This document shows, one piece after another, positions 37,901 through 50,767 of a stretch of DNA of 64,000 nucleotides. Made by a program: the position numbers and the translations under genes. The DNA lies in contig NW_024704742.1 of NCBI RefSeq assembly GCF_018977255.1, positions 57,166,001 to 57,230,000 on the forward strand. The letters are read 5' to 3'. Origin of the DNA: Callorhinchus milii. Taxonomy: Eukaryota. The stretch's first letter is position 1; every line of letters begins with the position of its first letter. Below the pieces are notes generated by a model. That model searched no databases, was not told the origin of the DNA, and saw only the letters and a list, made by a program, of their open reading frames with translations.

Positions 37901-40900
37901 TCCCAAGGCACTGAACAGTCAAGAATCAGGATTCGAGAGTTGGGGGTGGTGGCAGGTTTGGGATGAGGGAGGGCATAAGGGGTAGGAGGGAGGCTGAAGG
38001 CTTTCCGAAGCCTTTCCTCTTTCTGTGCAACACATTGAAACAATACTTACTATGACACAATTTCGCCATCAGGGGGTGTTACAAGATCATATGAAGTACA
38101 TTTTATCCCAGTAATTATCCTGGTAACATCTTTCGAGTACAATTTTATGTTGTGCCAGGATGGTTAAAGTTAATGTAAAATCCAAAAGCAATCTATATTA
38201 ACTTTAATAGTTAGAAAATAATTGTCATTATCTCTTTCACACAGAAAAACAAGTAAAGAAACTAATTGGAATCCAATGTTTGCTCATAATTTTTGAAAGA
38301 AAGAACAATTTTCAGGACTTGGGTATAATTTAGCTCTACATGAAATGGAATTGATTTCTAGGAACACAGTTGAAGCTTTGTTTTAACATTAACATCACAA
38401 TGTTAAAGTCAAGTTTGAAATGAAGTGTTCTCCCAAAAATATGTGTTCTACATATTGGAGCTTTCTAAGAGGTTTAACAGTCTGAAATACATTGGAAAGG
38501 TGAATGATATTTGTCCTTTCTTGTAAATATAATTCTGCAGTAACTTTAAATGAGATTAATAGAAACAGTTTTGGATGACATTAATGATCAGATTGATTAA
38601 CTAAAAAAGGAAATAAGAGGGGCAAAAGAGATTGTATGAGAAAAGATTAGCAGGTAACATAAAAGGGAACCCTAAGATATTTTATAAGCATATAAAGAAT
38701 AAAAGGTTAGTCAAAAGGTAGGGTGGGTCCAATTAGGGACCTAAGAGGAAATTTTCTTGCGGAGGCAGAGGGAGGGCATGGCTGACATACTGAATGAGTA
38801 CTTTGCATATGACTTCACAAATGGAAAGGATGCAGCCAATGTCACAGTATCGGAGGAGAGGGTAGAGAAATTGGATAAGATAAGAATAAACCAAGAGGAG
38901 GTACTAAAAAGGTTGTAGGTGCTCAAGGTAGATAAGTCACCTGGTCCAGACGGGATGCATCCTAGGTTATTGAGAGAAATCAGGGTGGCAATAACAGAGG
39001 CTCTGGCCACAATATTTCAATCTTCCTTGGATACCGGGGCAGTGCCAGAGCATTGGAGGGTTGCAAATGGTACAAAAAGGGGCAGAAGGATAAACCTGAG
39101 AACTATAGGCCAATCAGCCTAACGTCAGTAGTAGGGAAACTTCTAGAGACTATAATCTAGGACAATATAAATTTTCACTTAGAAAAATATTGTTTAATAA
39201 AGGACAGTCAACACGGATTTGTTAAAGGCAAACCATGTCTAACAAACCTGACAGAGTTTTTTGATGAAGTAACAGAGAAGGTGGATGAAGGTAGTGCAGT
39301 CAATATAGTTTATATGGATTTTCAAAAGGCGTTTGATAAAGTGCCGGATAAGAGACTTGTAAGCAAAATAGAAGCCCATAGTTTTAAAAGGACAGTGGCA
39401 GCATGGATACAGAACTGCCTGGGAGACAGAAAGCAGAGAGTGGTGGTGAACGGTTGTTTTTCTGACTGGAGAGAAGTGTGCATTGGGGTCCCCCAGGGGT
39501 CAGTATTGGGACCACTGGTGTTTTTGATCTGTATAAATGACCTGGACTTTTATATGGGTATAGGGAGTACAATTTCCAAGTTTGCAGATGATACTAAGCT
39601 AGGAAAAGTAGTAAATAGTGAGGAGGAGAGTAGCAGACTGCAAACGGTCATAGACAGATCGGTAAAATGGACAGACAAGTGGCAGATGAAATTTAATGCG
39701 GAGAAATGTAAAGTGATGCTTTTTGGAAGGAAGAATGAGGAGAGACAATATAAGCCACATGTACAATCTTAAAGGGGTGAAGGAACAGAGAGACCTGGGG
39801 GTTCATATAAGTAAATCTTTGAAGGTGGCAGGACAGGTAGATAAAGCTGTTAAAAAAGCATACGGGATACTAGGCTTTATAAATAGGGGTGTAGAATACA
39901 AAAGTCAGGAAGTTATGATGAACCTTTATAAAACACTGGTTAGGCCTCAGCTGGAGACTGTGTTCAGTTCTGGCACCAAATTTTAGGAAGGATGTCAAGG
40001 CATTGGAGATGGTGCAAAGGAGATTTACCAGGATGGTACCAGGAATGAGGGACTTCAGTTATCAGGAGAGACTAGAGAAGCTAAGATTATTCTCCTTGGA
40101 GCAGTGAAGGTTAAGAGGAGACTTAATAGAAGTTTTCAAAATTATGAGGGGATTCAATAGGATGAACAAGGAGAAACTATTTCCACTGGTGGGTGGGTCG
40201 GTAACAAGAGGGCACCGATTTAAATAGTTGTTAAAAGAAACAGAGGGGAGGTGAGGAGAAATTTTTTTACACAGCGAGTTGTTCAGAACTGGGGTGGTGG
40301 AAGCTGATTCAATAACAGCTCTTAAGAGAGGAGTAGATAATTATTTGGGGAGGGCAAGTTTGCAGGGCTATGGGGAGCGAGGGGGGAATGGGATTGAATT
40401 GGATAGTTCTTTTCAAAGAGCCGGCACAGATACAATGGGCCAAATAGCCTCCTGTCTATATAATTCTATAATTGTTTTATGTGAAATAGAGAACAAAGGA
40501 CTTTTGTCCGAACTGTTAATGCATAACAAGTTAAATCACAAGTTTCCATGAACAAATGGATGGTGCGGGAGGGGACAGAAAAAGACTACTGGGTAATGTT
40601 ATGATTAATGGTAATAAAGAATGCATGTTCTGGAAATGGAAGCATATCTGATAACCAGAAGTACGTCATGCTGTCCCACAGGCATTTTGCTTTGACCAAT
40701 CTACTACTGGGGCACAATTCCTAACTTCCCTGTTCCTTTAAAAAGTATCATCTTCTATCATACAATCAAGGCAGAATGAAGAATAACAGTGGAATGGGTT
40801 CTTCTTTATAAAGGAATCTATTAAGAATTCCTGCAAATTAGACTCTTACTACGCCTTCTCTCCTCCCCACAATCACATGTTTAACTAGGTCATTGTAGAA

Positions 40901-43699
40901 AATTGTGGTTAGCATTATCAATACAACATCAAAACATATCACTTTTCTTGGAGCAATATAGGAACCAGACCAAAAGGAGGAGGAAGGTGAAGGTGATCAT
41001 GCATTAATGATGCATTGAATCCACAATGTGGTGTCAACACAACAGTGGAGCTCTCAAATTGAAACATTTTTTTAAGTGCCATGTCTACTTGACAATCAAT
41101 ATACCTTGTACCATCCTACCTATCTCTCCCAAGTTTTTTTCCCTAAGAAATGGGAATCTTTAAAATCTTTAAAACTGCTCTGCACACTGACATATACATG
41201 CCCTTTACTTGCTGTACTTTTCAGTAGTATTCCCATTGATTGAGGTGACATAGGAGGCGATGGTGCAGCGCTTTGGGACGTCCTCCCAACGTGAAATGCG
41301 CTCTATATTTGTAATTTTGTTGTTGTTGTTGATGGTGATATAAGATGCTATAACAAAGTAGATCTGAGAAGAATAAGAGCAGAAAGATCGATTTGAGATT
41401 GATGTGAAAGTGTTGATTTCAGATTGCCACCTTTGTACAGTACACTGTCATATACAAATAAATGAATGGCCCTAGCTTACACCTTTCAAAAACACCAAAA
41501 CAATTCAAAGTAGTAACTCCATGTGCTGTTTTCTTATAAATTTTGAATATTCCTCATTTATATAATCTGCAGACTCACGTACAATTCCTATTGCCTTTAA
41601 ATTAACCTTATTAGGGAGATGAAATACTTTGAAAGGTATTCAGTGTTGTCCTGGAGGGGAAAAGTACCTGTCAGAGCTTTGCCATGTTTTTCCCAATAAA
41701 TAAACATATAGAAGGAATACCATGTAGTGCTATTTCTCTAATCCTATGACATATAGATGTTGTAAATTAGTTTTCCCCATCACATAACTGCAAACAATGC
41801 CGAAAATCTCTGACAACATATTTTCATTTGCAACATATTAAATATTAATATATTTATATAGTACTGTAATTTCTCTAATGTTATTGTAAGGTTGACAATT
41901 TCCTCACTGACTCTGAATGTATTATATTACAGCTGCATTTCCTATTGACATTGTTCCATTCAAAATAAAAAAATGTATGTATATATAATATAGATTTGCC
42001 CACAAAACATATAGTCACTACACTTTACAGTATATCATGTGAAATGTTTTGGGTCACCCTCCTGAAGTGAAAGGCGCTATGCCAAAAGCAAGGTTCATAA
42101 TATTATATATCAGTTCCTGCTACGACACATAATCTGATATTGCTGAAGTACCAATTTACAATGTGCTCTAGAATTTCAGATCTGATGAGACAAAGGTCCA
42201 GAATGTCATTGTTGGACCGGCGCTTGCTTTCATGAAGTTCTCTGGTGAGCCGGTCAAATTGGTGCTGAAGTTTATGTACCTAGGATGTGACATCGACTCT
42301 TCGGGTTACTGTGGACCTGATGTCCGCAAACCATTGGCATTGGGAGCTCGGTGATGATAGGGTCGCACAGTTTTAAACAATGTAGTGTTAGCTCAGCTTA
42401 TCTGAGACGTCACTTTCTCTTTGGTCATGTAGACACCTCGAAGACATGATAAGAATCTCTTATCAAATGCAAGGATTATTAGGATTATTATTATAAACCA
42501 ACTTTAGTCATCCACATCCAAGTCTTAGACTCTAAGAAAAACATCTAAGTGAGAGTTCCTATTCCTAATGGCTATATAGTGGCCTCTGCTGATTGTATGC
42601 ATATACAAATGTTGGGTTGATTAAGGCTTTGGCAGTTAGGCCATTGACACTGACAGATGAATAATGGTCACTGGGGCAAGCCACCAGATGGCCAGTGCTG
42701 AAGGAAATGTTTTCCAGTGAGTTTCTGCCTTTCAGAGAGGAAAAGGGAAAAAAATTGTGGATGGGGAAAATACAAGTACTTAATAACAATGCCATTTGGG
42801 TATGAATAAGCAACTTAGTAATAAATATAAAATTTACTTGCTTATACATTACAAAGAATTTAAAAAGTACTTGAAATAGTAGCTTTGATTGAATCTCGAG
42901 TTCTGCTGCTGAAACTCTTGGTGATGCTTCATGGTTGTGAGCTAGGGGAGGGAAAACATTCCCGACCATAATCACTAACCAGTAATTCCGTGAGTAGAGT
43001 ACAAGTGCTTGATTGTGATCTCCTGCAGTCAAATAGGCTTCCTACATTCACTGCCAACTCACTCGTGAAGAATTACCTGGAATGAAACACTCCTCCAGCC
43101 CTCTGTCTTGCCCTTTCCTTCCCCATATTCAGGTCAAGCCTGAAGACCTTCCCGTTCGACCATGCCTACGGTCACCTCCTCCCGGCTCGGCATCGTGCTC
43201 CACCACTGTCAAGTGCTCTGGGAAACTACCCTGCGTGAGGGGCACTGTATAAATGCAAGCTGTTGATCACTTGAATAAGGTACTTGAAAGCCTGCAGAAC
43301 ACGTGACCTATAGCCAACTCTGAGTTTTCGGGAGAGAATTGGAGACATAACGAAAATGATGGCAAATAAATGAGAACCACAAAATGTAAAACGAAGTAAA
43401 ACCAAAATACACTATGTTGAAAATTAGTTTAATTTCCCAACAGATTTATTGCTAAGATATGACTCTGACACAATGTTCTTACAAAATAAAACCCTGCTCA
43501 TAATATACCATAACAATAAATAATAGACATTATTTTCAGTCCTTCTTTCATAATGTATTCTTGTCAGACTCAACTGATCCGCTCCACTGTTTGCCAGATG
43601 GAATTATCAGAGCCACAATCAGGTAAATATTTTTCAAGGTTTGATTGATGGGAGAGAGAGAGTAAATTGATTGTGAAAAGTAATCCAAATGTGAAAAAC
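34984..43699 (+). repeat. Segmental duplication unit ABC, copy 2 (A 34984-37483, B 37484-41193, C 41194-43699)
   Basis: Near-identical to 22529-31309. Unique sequence resumes after GTGAAAAAC at 43699. Confidence 0.97.
38599..40473 (+). mobile_element. CR1 LINE copy 3
   Basis: Same element as 26215-28083, with several private substitutions and a 6-bp insertion (GACTTTTATATGGGT vs GACTTGGGT). Confidence 0.94.
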
Positions 43700-45166
43700 A
43701 ATCAGCCGCTGAATAACAGGATGTAACTTGTTCCTTTCCTTGGCCTCTGATGTTTATTTTTTAATGAGGAATTAGTTGATGGATTATTTTAGAATTCTTC
43801 CATAATCTTTGGTTATGATTCCTAAATGCTTTGGCATGATGTTGTAGAACATAATCTTGTTGATCCTCGACCAGTGAGGACTTTAGCCGAGGAAATGGAC
43901 TGTATTCTTTGTAAGTCATTTTCTCCTCAGTGCAACAAAAGTTTGCTGGAAGTACAGTATTGACCATTTCAACGATTACAGTATGTCATCCTACAGGTAG
44001 CACTGCCACAAACAGACACAAGAAAGACCTTGAACAATGACAGTGTAACAACAATTTACATTTATACAGAATTCTTCAGAAGTGCTTTGGGGCGTCCTCC
44101 CGAACTGAAAGGCACTGTACCAAATGTAAGGATTATTATTATTATTATTTGTTTAACAATGAGGCACACCCCAACACTGCTTTGTAGTGTCAGCCTGGAC
44201 TTTCGGACCCAGAGATGAGAATGCAACCAATTGAGCCAGATTAACACAAATCAAAGCAAAATGCTTGATACGCCTGCTGTCTGAAAAATAAACTTTTCTG
44301 ATCCAGCTCTTCAATTTAATGGCAACTGATGGGTGGGAAACCCCATTATAGGAAGGAAGGCAAGTAGGACCAGATTTAGAAAATAAGGATAAATAAATAA
44401 ATATTTGTATATTTGTAAATGTTGTATAAATACAAAATGGAAAAAGACAGCAGTAAAATATTGAGAAATTCCAACTTCTTCCTAATGTCCTTTTTACTCT
44501 ATTCCACTCTCCTCAGTGCAACAAAAGTACAAAAGTATAAAAAGCTGGAAGCATAATATTCAACCCTTCTCAATCCTACAGTGAGGTTTCCTCAGACTAT
44601 TGTTCCAGTGCTCCTGTAGTGTGGTGTAACGTGACAATTTCCTGAGCTATTGTTTAGTCTGAAACAGCATAAATAATTACACAGTACGCCAGTTATTTTA
44701 CCTTTCCAGTAATTCAGCAGCAAGGTTACTTATCATTATCAGATGTCAGTTTGGATTTTAGTGGAATTCAGCAATGCATGAGAACGCTGTGAGTTCAAAT
44801 CTTAATTTGGGACTTGAATTTATGGTCCTGGATGATATTCTAATGCAGTACTGAGGTAGTGCTGCATTGTGAGAGTTACGAACTTTGGATGAGATGTTAA
44901 ACTAAGGTGTTGTCTACCTACTTAAGTGAATGTTAAAGATTGCTATTGGGAAACAACAATTTATACCTTGCTTTGACAAATTATTTTCAGAGGAAATGTA
45001 GATTTATGACCTGTGCTTGGAATTAACAGAGCAAAGCATTTGGAGCACCAGTTTCAATTACTGTGGCCACGTCATTTACCTTATGTGCTATCTTTCTGAC
45101 TAACGGCATAGCATGCATCATACAATCCACAATGACCAATATTATTAACAACAAAAACAAAAGTCA

Positions 45167-45251
45167 TTGGGAACACTCAGCAGGTCAGGCAGCATCTATG
45201 AGGAAAGGAAAGTGAGTAACGTTTCGGTTCCATGAACCTTCGTCAGAACTG
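45167..45251 (-). mobile_element. Penelope-type short repeat containing a minimal type I hammerhead-ribozyme-like motif
   Basis: The minus strand reads cagtt CTGACGA a GGTTC atg GAACC GAAAC GTT actc, then the segment shared with 5790-5875. Confidence 0.62.
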
Positions 45252-45789
45252 ATTATTAAGGTATTTCTCAGTTTCAGATGGGACACATGCTCTTTGTATC
45301 TACTTCCTGATGTGCCTGTAGCAACAACAAACAACAACAGCAAGAAGATTACATTTGTATAGCGTCTTTCACGTCAGAAGGAAAGTCATTATTTACTGTT
45401 GCTGTCTGTACACATGTGTGCTGAGAATGCACATGGTAACGTTGGCAGGAAAGGCCTCCATTCTATTAATACACAGATCGTTGGCAGCACGAGAAATATC
45501 ATCATGAATTTATAGAAGCAGATTAATTTGTGGCCGGTTGCTATTCTGGGAACTAACCTACAGATGTCAGTGTCGCTGCTTTGAAGGTGGGTATTATCAT
45601 TAAAGGGTAAACTTATACCCCTACGCAAAACAATGTTTCACAATTTGTTTCTTCATAAATTACGTTCTGAGAGTATCTCCAAAAAGTCCTGAATCAGAGA
45701 ACAGATATCCAGAGTGATATAAGGGCAAAGGCCTCACATTGTGTAATCTGGATCATTTGCACAATCAATCTGGTGCATTTATGATCTGC

Positions 45790-47110
45790 TCATATTCAGC
45801 TCTGGTTTTCGCCCCACTCACAGCAGAGATAGCACTTGTCAAAGTCACAAATGACGTTTTCGCTATCTGTGACCAGTGCTCCCTCTGCCTCCTCGTCCTC
45901 CTGGATCTCTCTGCCACGTTCGACACAGTCGACCATGCCATCCTCCTCCACTGCCTCTCCTCCCTCATCTACCTGAGTGGGAATGCACTTGCCTCTTTAG
46001 AGTCCTACTTAACTAACCACCTCCACTTCATCTCGGCAAATGGTTTCTCCTCCCAACCCCACCCAGTCACCTGCAAGGTACCCTAAGGCTCCATCCTTGG
46101 CCCTTTTCTTTTCCTTATCTATATGCTCCCTCTGGCTTTGGGACATCCTCCCGACGTGAAAGGCGCTCTATAAATGTAATTTTGTTGTTGTTGTTGGGTG
46201 ATGTCATCCACAGACACAGGATAAACTTCACTTGTATGTGGATGACACACAAATCTACTTTTCCTCCTCCGGTACCAACTCCAGATCCGCTGATGTTCTA
46301 TCAGCTTGTCTGACAGATATCAAGGCCTGGATGAATGCAAACTTCTGGCATCTGAATGTGGACAAGACGGAAGCCATACTCCTTGGCTCCTGTCAACTCT
46401 TCACTCCTGCGGATCTGAACTCCTCAACCTCTCTGGGTTCTCCTTCACACTCACCAAACCAGTGTGCAATCTAGGAATTCAGTTCGACCCCCAGCTGTCC
46501 TTCCTCCCCCACATCCGGTCCCTGACCAGGACCACCTTCTTCCACCTCCGTCATATTGCCCACTTCCGACCATATCTTACCATTTGTCACCTCCCATTTG
46601 GATTACTCCAATGCACTCCTCTCCGGTCTCCCCAGCTCCACTATTCAAAAGATCCAGCTCATTCAGAAGTCTGACACCCACATACTTACCCGGACCAAAC
46701 TGCGTATCCACATCTCACCAGTTCTGGCCAGGTTCCATTGGCTCCGCATCACCATACAGATCGATTTCAAGATCCTCAAATTTATGTTCAAATCCCTTCA
46801 ATCTCTGGCACCTCCCTACCTCTCCGACCTCTTCACTCCCCAATCCACCACCCGGCGCTTCTTCTCGACTGGCACTGGCCTCGTGCTTGTCCCTCGGCCC
46901 TTCCGCCCCACCATTGGAGGTCGTGCTTTCGGCCACTACGCCCCAAAATTCTGGAAGACTTTCCCTCTACCTTGCTCTCTCTCTACTCTTTTTCAAGTCC
47001 CACCTGAAAACCTTACTCTTCAACCGCGCTTGTGGCCACGTCACTCCTCGGCTGTTAAGCACTCTGAGAAGCTACCTTGCGAGGCGGATGCTATACAAGT
47101 GCAAGTTGTT
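45790..47110 (+). mobile_element. L2 LINE ORF2 3' half (decayed), with a nested L2-tail insertion at 46135-46196
   Basis: EIALVKVTND, LVLLDLSATFDTVDH, YVDDTQIY, LNVDKTEAILLG, FVTSHLDYSNALL, HISPVLARFHWL. Confidence 0.92.
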
Positions 47111-47359
47111 TCGGAACCTTTTCCTGGTTATTTCATTTTCTGCCAAGTATTAGCTGATACTTCTACTCCTGCAGTTAGCCATTTTTAATAGCAATGTATA
47201 CCACCAACCCAGTGACAAATATTGCTCCTTTAATTTACTGTGTTGACTTGCATTACAACATAATATCTGCACTAACTGCACGAAGTACAAGATTGGTACA
47301 CATTTGTCAGTGATTAATGAGTCAGTGACTAAGGTCAGTGATTCGGTGACTCAGTGACT

Positions 47360-47835
47360 AGAAGGTTTCAATTTAAGACAGTTAGTTAGCAAACAAGCAA
47401 ATGGGAGGTTAGAAGATTTTTTTTCATGTACAGAGTAATTAGGATATGGAATCCCTGCCAGAGTGATGATTGAGGCAGAATCTATATTAGCTTTGAAAAG
47501 GGAATTAGATAAATATCTAAAATGAAGTATTATGGGGGAACGAGGAAAGGACAGGTAAATAGGAATGAAAGCTCTTAAAAGCTCTTTTCTTTGAACATAT
47601 TTAAGGCTGAGACTGATAGATTTTTAAAAAAATAGAGGGATTAGGGATATGGGGATAGGGTGGATAATTAGAGTTAGGTCTGAAGATCAGCCATGATCTT
47701 ATCGAATGGCGGGGCAGGCTCGAGGGACCGAATGGCCTACTCCTGCTCCTAATTCTTATGTTCTTATGTTCTTAAGAGCCAGTGCAGATGTAGTAGATCA
47801 ACTGGCTTTCTGCTATTCTGTAACTTTGTATGGTT
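47360..47835 (+). mobile_element. CR1 3' ends, one nested within another
   Basis: CR1-like 3' sequence interrupted at about 47590-47773 by a second tail ending GAATGGCCTACTCCTGCTCCTAAT(TCTTATGT)n. Confidence 0.7.
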
Positions 47836-49869
47836 CTATATATGCACTGGCATGGTGTGTAAAAAACAAGGAAACATACAAATGTATTGCTAATCCAATA
47901 ACAAATTCCTTAATAAAGGATACATGTAGAAACTTCTGGTGGTAATGCAAAAGTACTTCATGCTGAACTACAGTAACTCTGCTTTGTTTCAGTGTAAAGT
48001 TGAATTGGAGTTTCTAGGAGTTTCAGGAATTCTATTAGCATTCCTTATTAAATAGATCTGTTAAGAAATACTGCAAGTTAAGCCTCAGTGATGCATAATT
48101 GAATGTTGTATAGCTGGTACTCAGAATAATATTTCCTTCTGAGTTGATTTTTTGAGGAAATATAGAAAATGTCCTTAGCAATTTATACCAGACTGATAAA
48201 ACCTCCTAATTCACTGAATAGCAATTTCAAGAAGGCATTTTTTTAAAATAGTATATTTGCATGATATAGAGCCTTTCACACTAGTAGGATATTTCAAAGC
48301 CCGGCACAGACTATACAGGGATATACTGCAAAGACTGTGTATTTTGTAGGTGAATGTGGCGGACAATCCATGCCTATTCCTAAACTAAAATAGTTGTTTG
48401 TGGGACATTGCTGAGCGTAAATTATAATTCAACTAAATTAATCCACATAATTTATACTCAAAATGTTTTCTGGTGGGAAGCTGCAATTTCAAACTATCAA
48501 ATGCAACATTTACTTTTACGCTTAACTTCATATGTGATATGTACTGAGACATGAAAATAAAGTTTAAAGAATTGCAACAGACATAGAGAGGTTAATGATC
48601 ATTCACAGATTGTGAAATACTGAATGTGTGTTAAAGGTTTTGAGGGTAAGACAAAGGCATGTGATCAACAATAGTAAGAAAATGTGATTACATTTGAATG
48701 TATCAATGAAACTAATAATTTTTTTTAAAACCTGAAATCCTATATTAAGGCTCAGCCTTCAAACACAGTTTGAAGTATTATCCCCTGGAAGAAGTGTCTA
48801 TCTGTCAGAATATTAGGAAAGGATACAACACAGAATCTGTGACCCTGAGGGTTTCTGCCATGCATTCCTGGGAATTTATTGAAGCAGATTTCCAAGATGA
48901 TCACACAGAAACTATGAGAGGTTGGGCAGAACTGCAGAAACCTTTATTTAAGAATCAGTGGGCTGTGAAGACCTTCATTATTTTTTCTCTTCACTCCTCT
49001 TTCTAACTTAGCCTGCATCAACCTTGCTTTCTCTTTCAGACACAGAACATAGGTCAGATTTCAAGTATTTTCTGTTTTTTAGTTCAGATTTCCAGCATTC
49101 ATGGTTTTCTTTTTAGTGTTATCTTTTTTGCTTTGCTGGTTTTAAGGCTGATATGAATTAGCATTAATCTGTCAGCTCCTATAATTGGGTCATTGAGTCC
49201 TTGCAGATTTTAGGGCTCATTGCACAACACGTGTTTGGATGTACAATCGTTCGTACGTTACTACTTTGGTGCAAATCCTGGCAATAATCGGAACTGATTT
49301 TGGCCTGATGTATAAATCTGGTTTTATCTCAGTCATATTCTCTACCCTCCTCCCCATTTAATTATCCATAGAAAATCTTCTTTCTCGAATCAGTCACCCA
49401 ATTCCAGGAGCTAAACAGGGAAGGTCAAGGTATGGAGAGAATGTGCACGGTTACTTATAATGAGGATTTCATCCTTTCCCTCAAACTAAAACAGTAGGCA
49501 CATTATGATATAACGTTTGGCACATACTTATTTCATGCATGGTAAATACAGAATATAATTCAAATCAGGTCAATAATCCAGACAGAGCTGCTTTCTAATA
49601 AGACAATTTGTTTCAGTCAGCTGAGTGTCTGACACATGAAGAAATTAATTGCAATGCTTTAAAGTATTGAAACCAAAATACACATTTCACATGCTTTATG
49701 TATGCCACCCCTTCATGAAATTCCTTGTGTTTGAAATGCAATGTGCACTTTTTCCCTGGAGGGATGGGCCCTGCTCATCTAATTCCAGTTTGTGAGGGAC
49801 TCGGGGGTGTGGTGGGGGGGAAACTTTTCCAAGGGTGGAAAAGGATAGTTGAGCACTTGGTGGAGGGGA

Positions 49870-50613
49870 GGGAATACGAGAAGAGAGGGAGAGGTCAGAG
49901 ATGGCCTTTTCTGTGACAGAGAGCACAAAGATATCAAGGTCATGAATATGATGAGGTTGAGCATGCAGCTACGATTGTAAGTCAGGGAGTTTATGTGGAG
50001 GGTGAGGTTTAGGGAGGTGAGAAGAGCAGTTAAATCTGAGGAGATGGGGCAGGAGGAGTTAAGGCGAAGGTTGAAATCGTCAGTTATGAAGAGGCATTTG
50101 GTACAGAGTCAGAGGAATGAGAAGAGTGAGGAAAAGTCTGAGAGAAAGGAGACATATTATTTGGGGAGTGATAGACTAGCATGATTTTGAAAGAGAGAAA
50201 GCAGTGTTGGTATAGGGTGAGGTGTTCAAAGGAAGGGAAGGATCCAGAGGAATAGGTAGATAAACCAAGGCAGGTTTGGAAGATGAGGGCCACCCTGCCA
50301 CTACATTGGTTAGAGAGGGGGATATGGCAGAAAGTGTAACCAGGCGGGAAAGCTTCAATGAGGAGGACGGGATCCCGGCTGACCCAGGTTTCCATGAGCC
50401 CGAGAATACTGATGTGCTTGTTTAGGATGAGGTCAAGGACAGTGAGAGCTTTGTTTGAAGCAGAGAATTTTTTTGAAGGACAATGTGAATAGAGCCACTG
50501 GTGAGGGAGGGTGCAGGGCACTGGGGTTTTGGGGAAGGTTGTGGTTTGTAGGGGAAAGGTGACAGTGGAGTTTGATGCAGGAAGATAGTTGGAAAGGGTG
50601 TGGTTGTGGATGA
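49870..50613 (-). mobile_element. L2-like LINE endonuclease-domain remnant
   Basis: NKALTVLDLILNKHISILGLMETW..PPGYTFCHIP..GRVALIF..SFEHL..LVYHSP; AP-endonuclease motifs. Confidence 0.78.
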
Positions 50614-50767
50614 ACATAGAAAATGTAGAACAATGAAACAGGAGTAGACTAATCAGCCCCTCGAGGGTGTTTCGCCATTTTATAAGATCATGGCTGATCT
50701 GTACCTTGTCCAGTTACCCGCCCTTGCCCCATATCCCTTAATATCCTAACCTGACAAATATCTATCT
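50614..50767 (-). mobile_element. CR1-type 3' tail inserted in the L2 remnant
   Basis: CAGGAGTAGACTAATCAGCCCCTCGAG..AAGATCATGGCTGATCT is the reverse complement of the tail family at 47640-47770. Confidence 0.75.
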
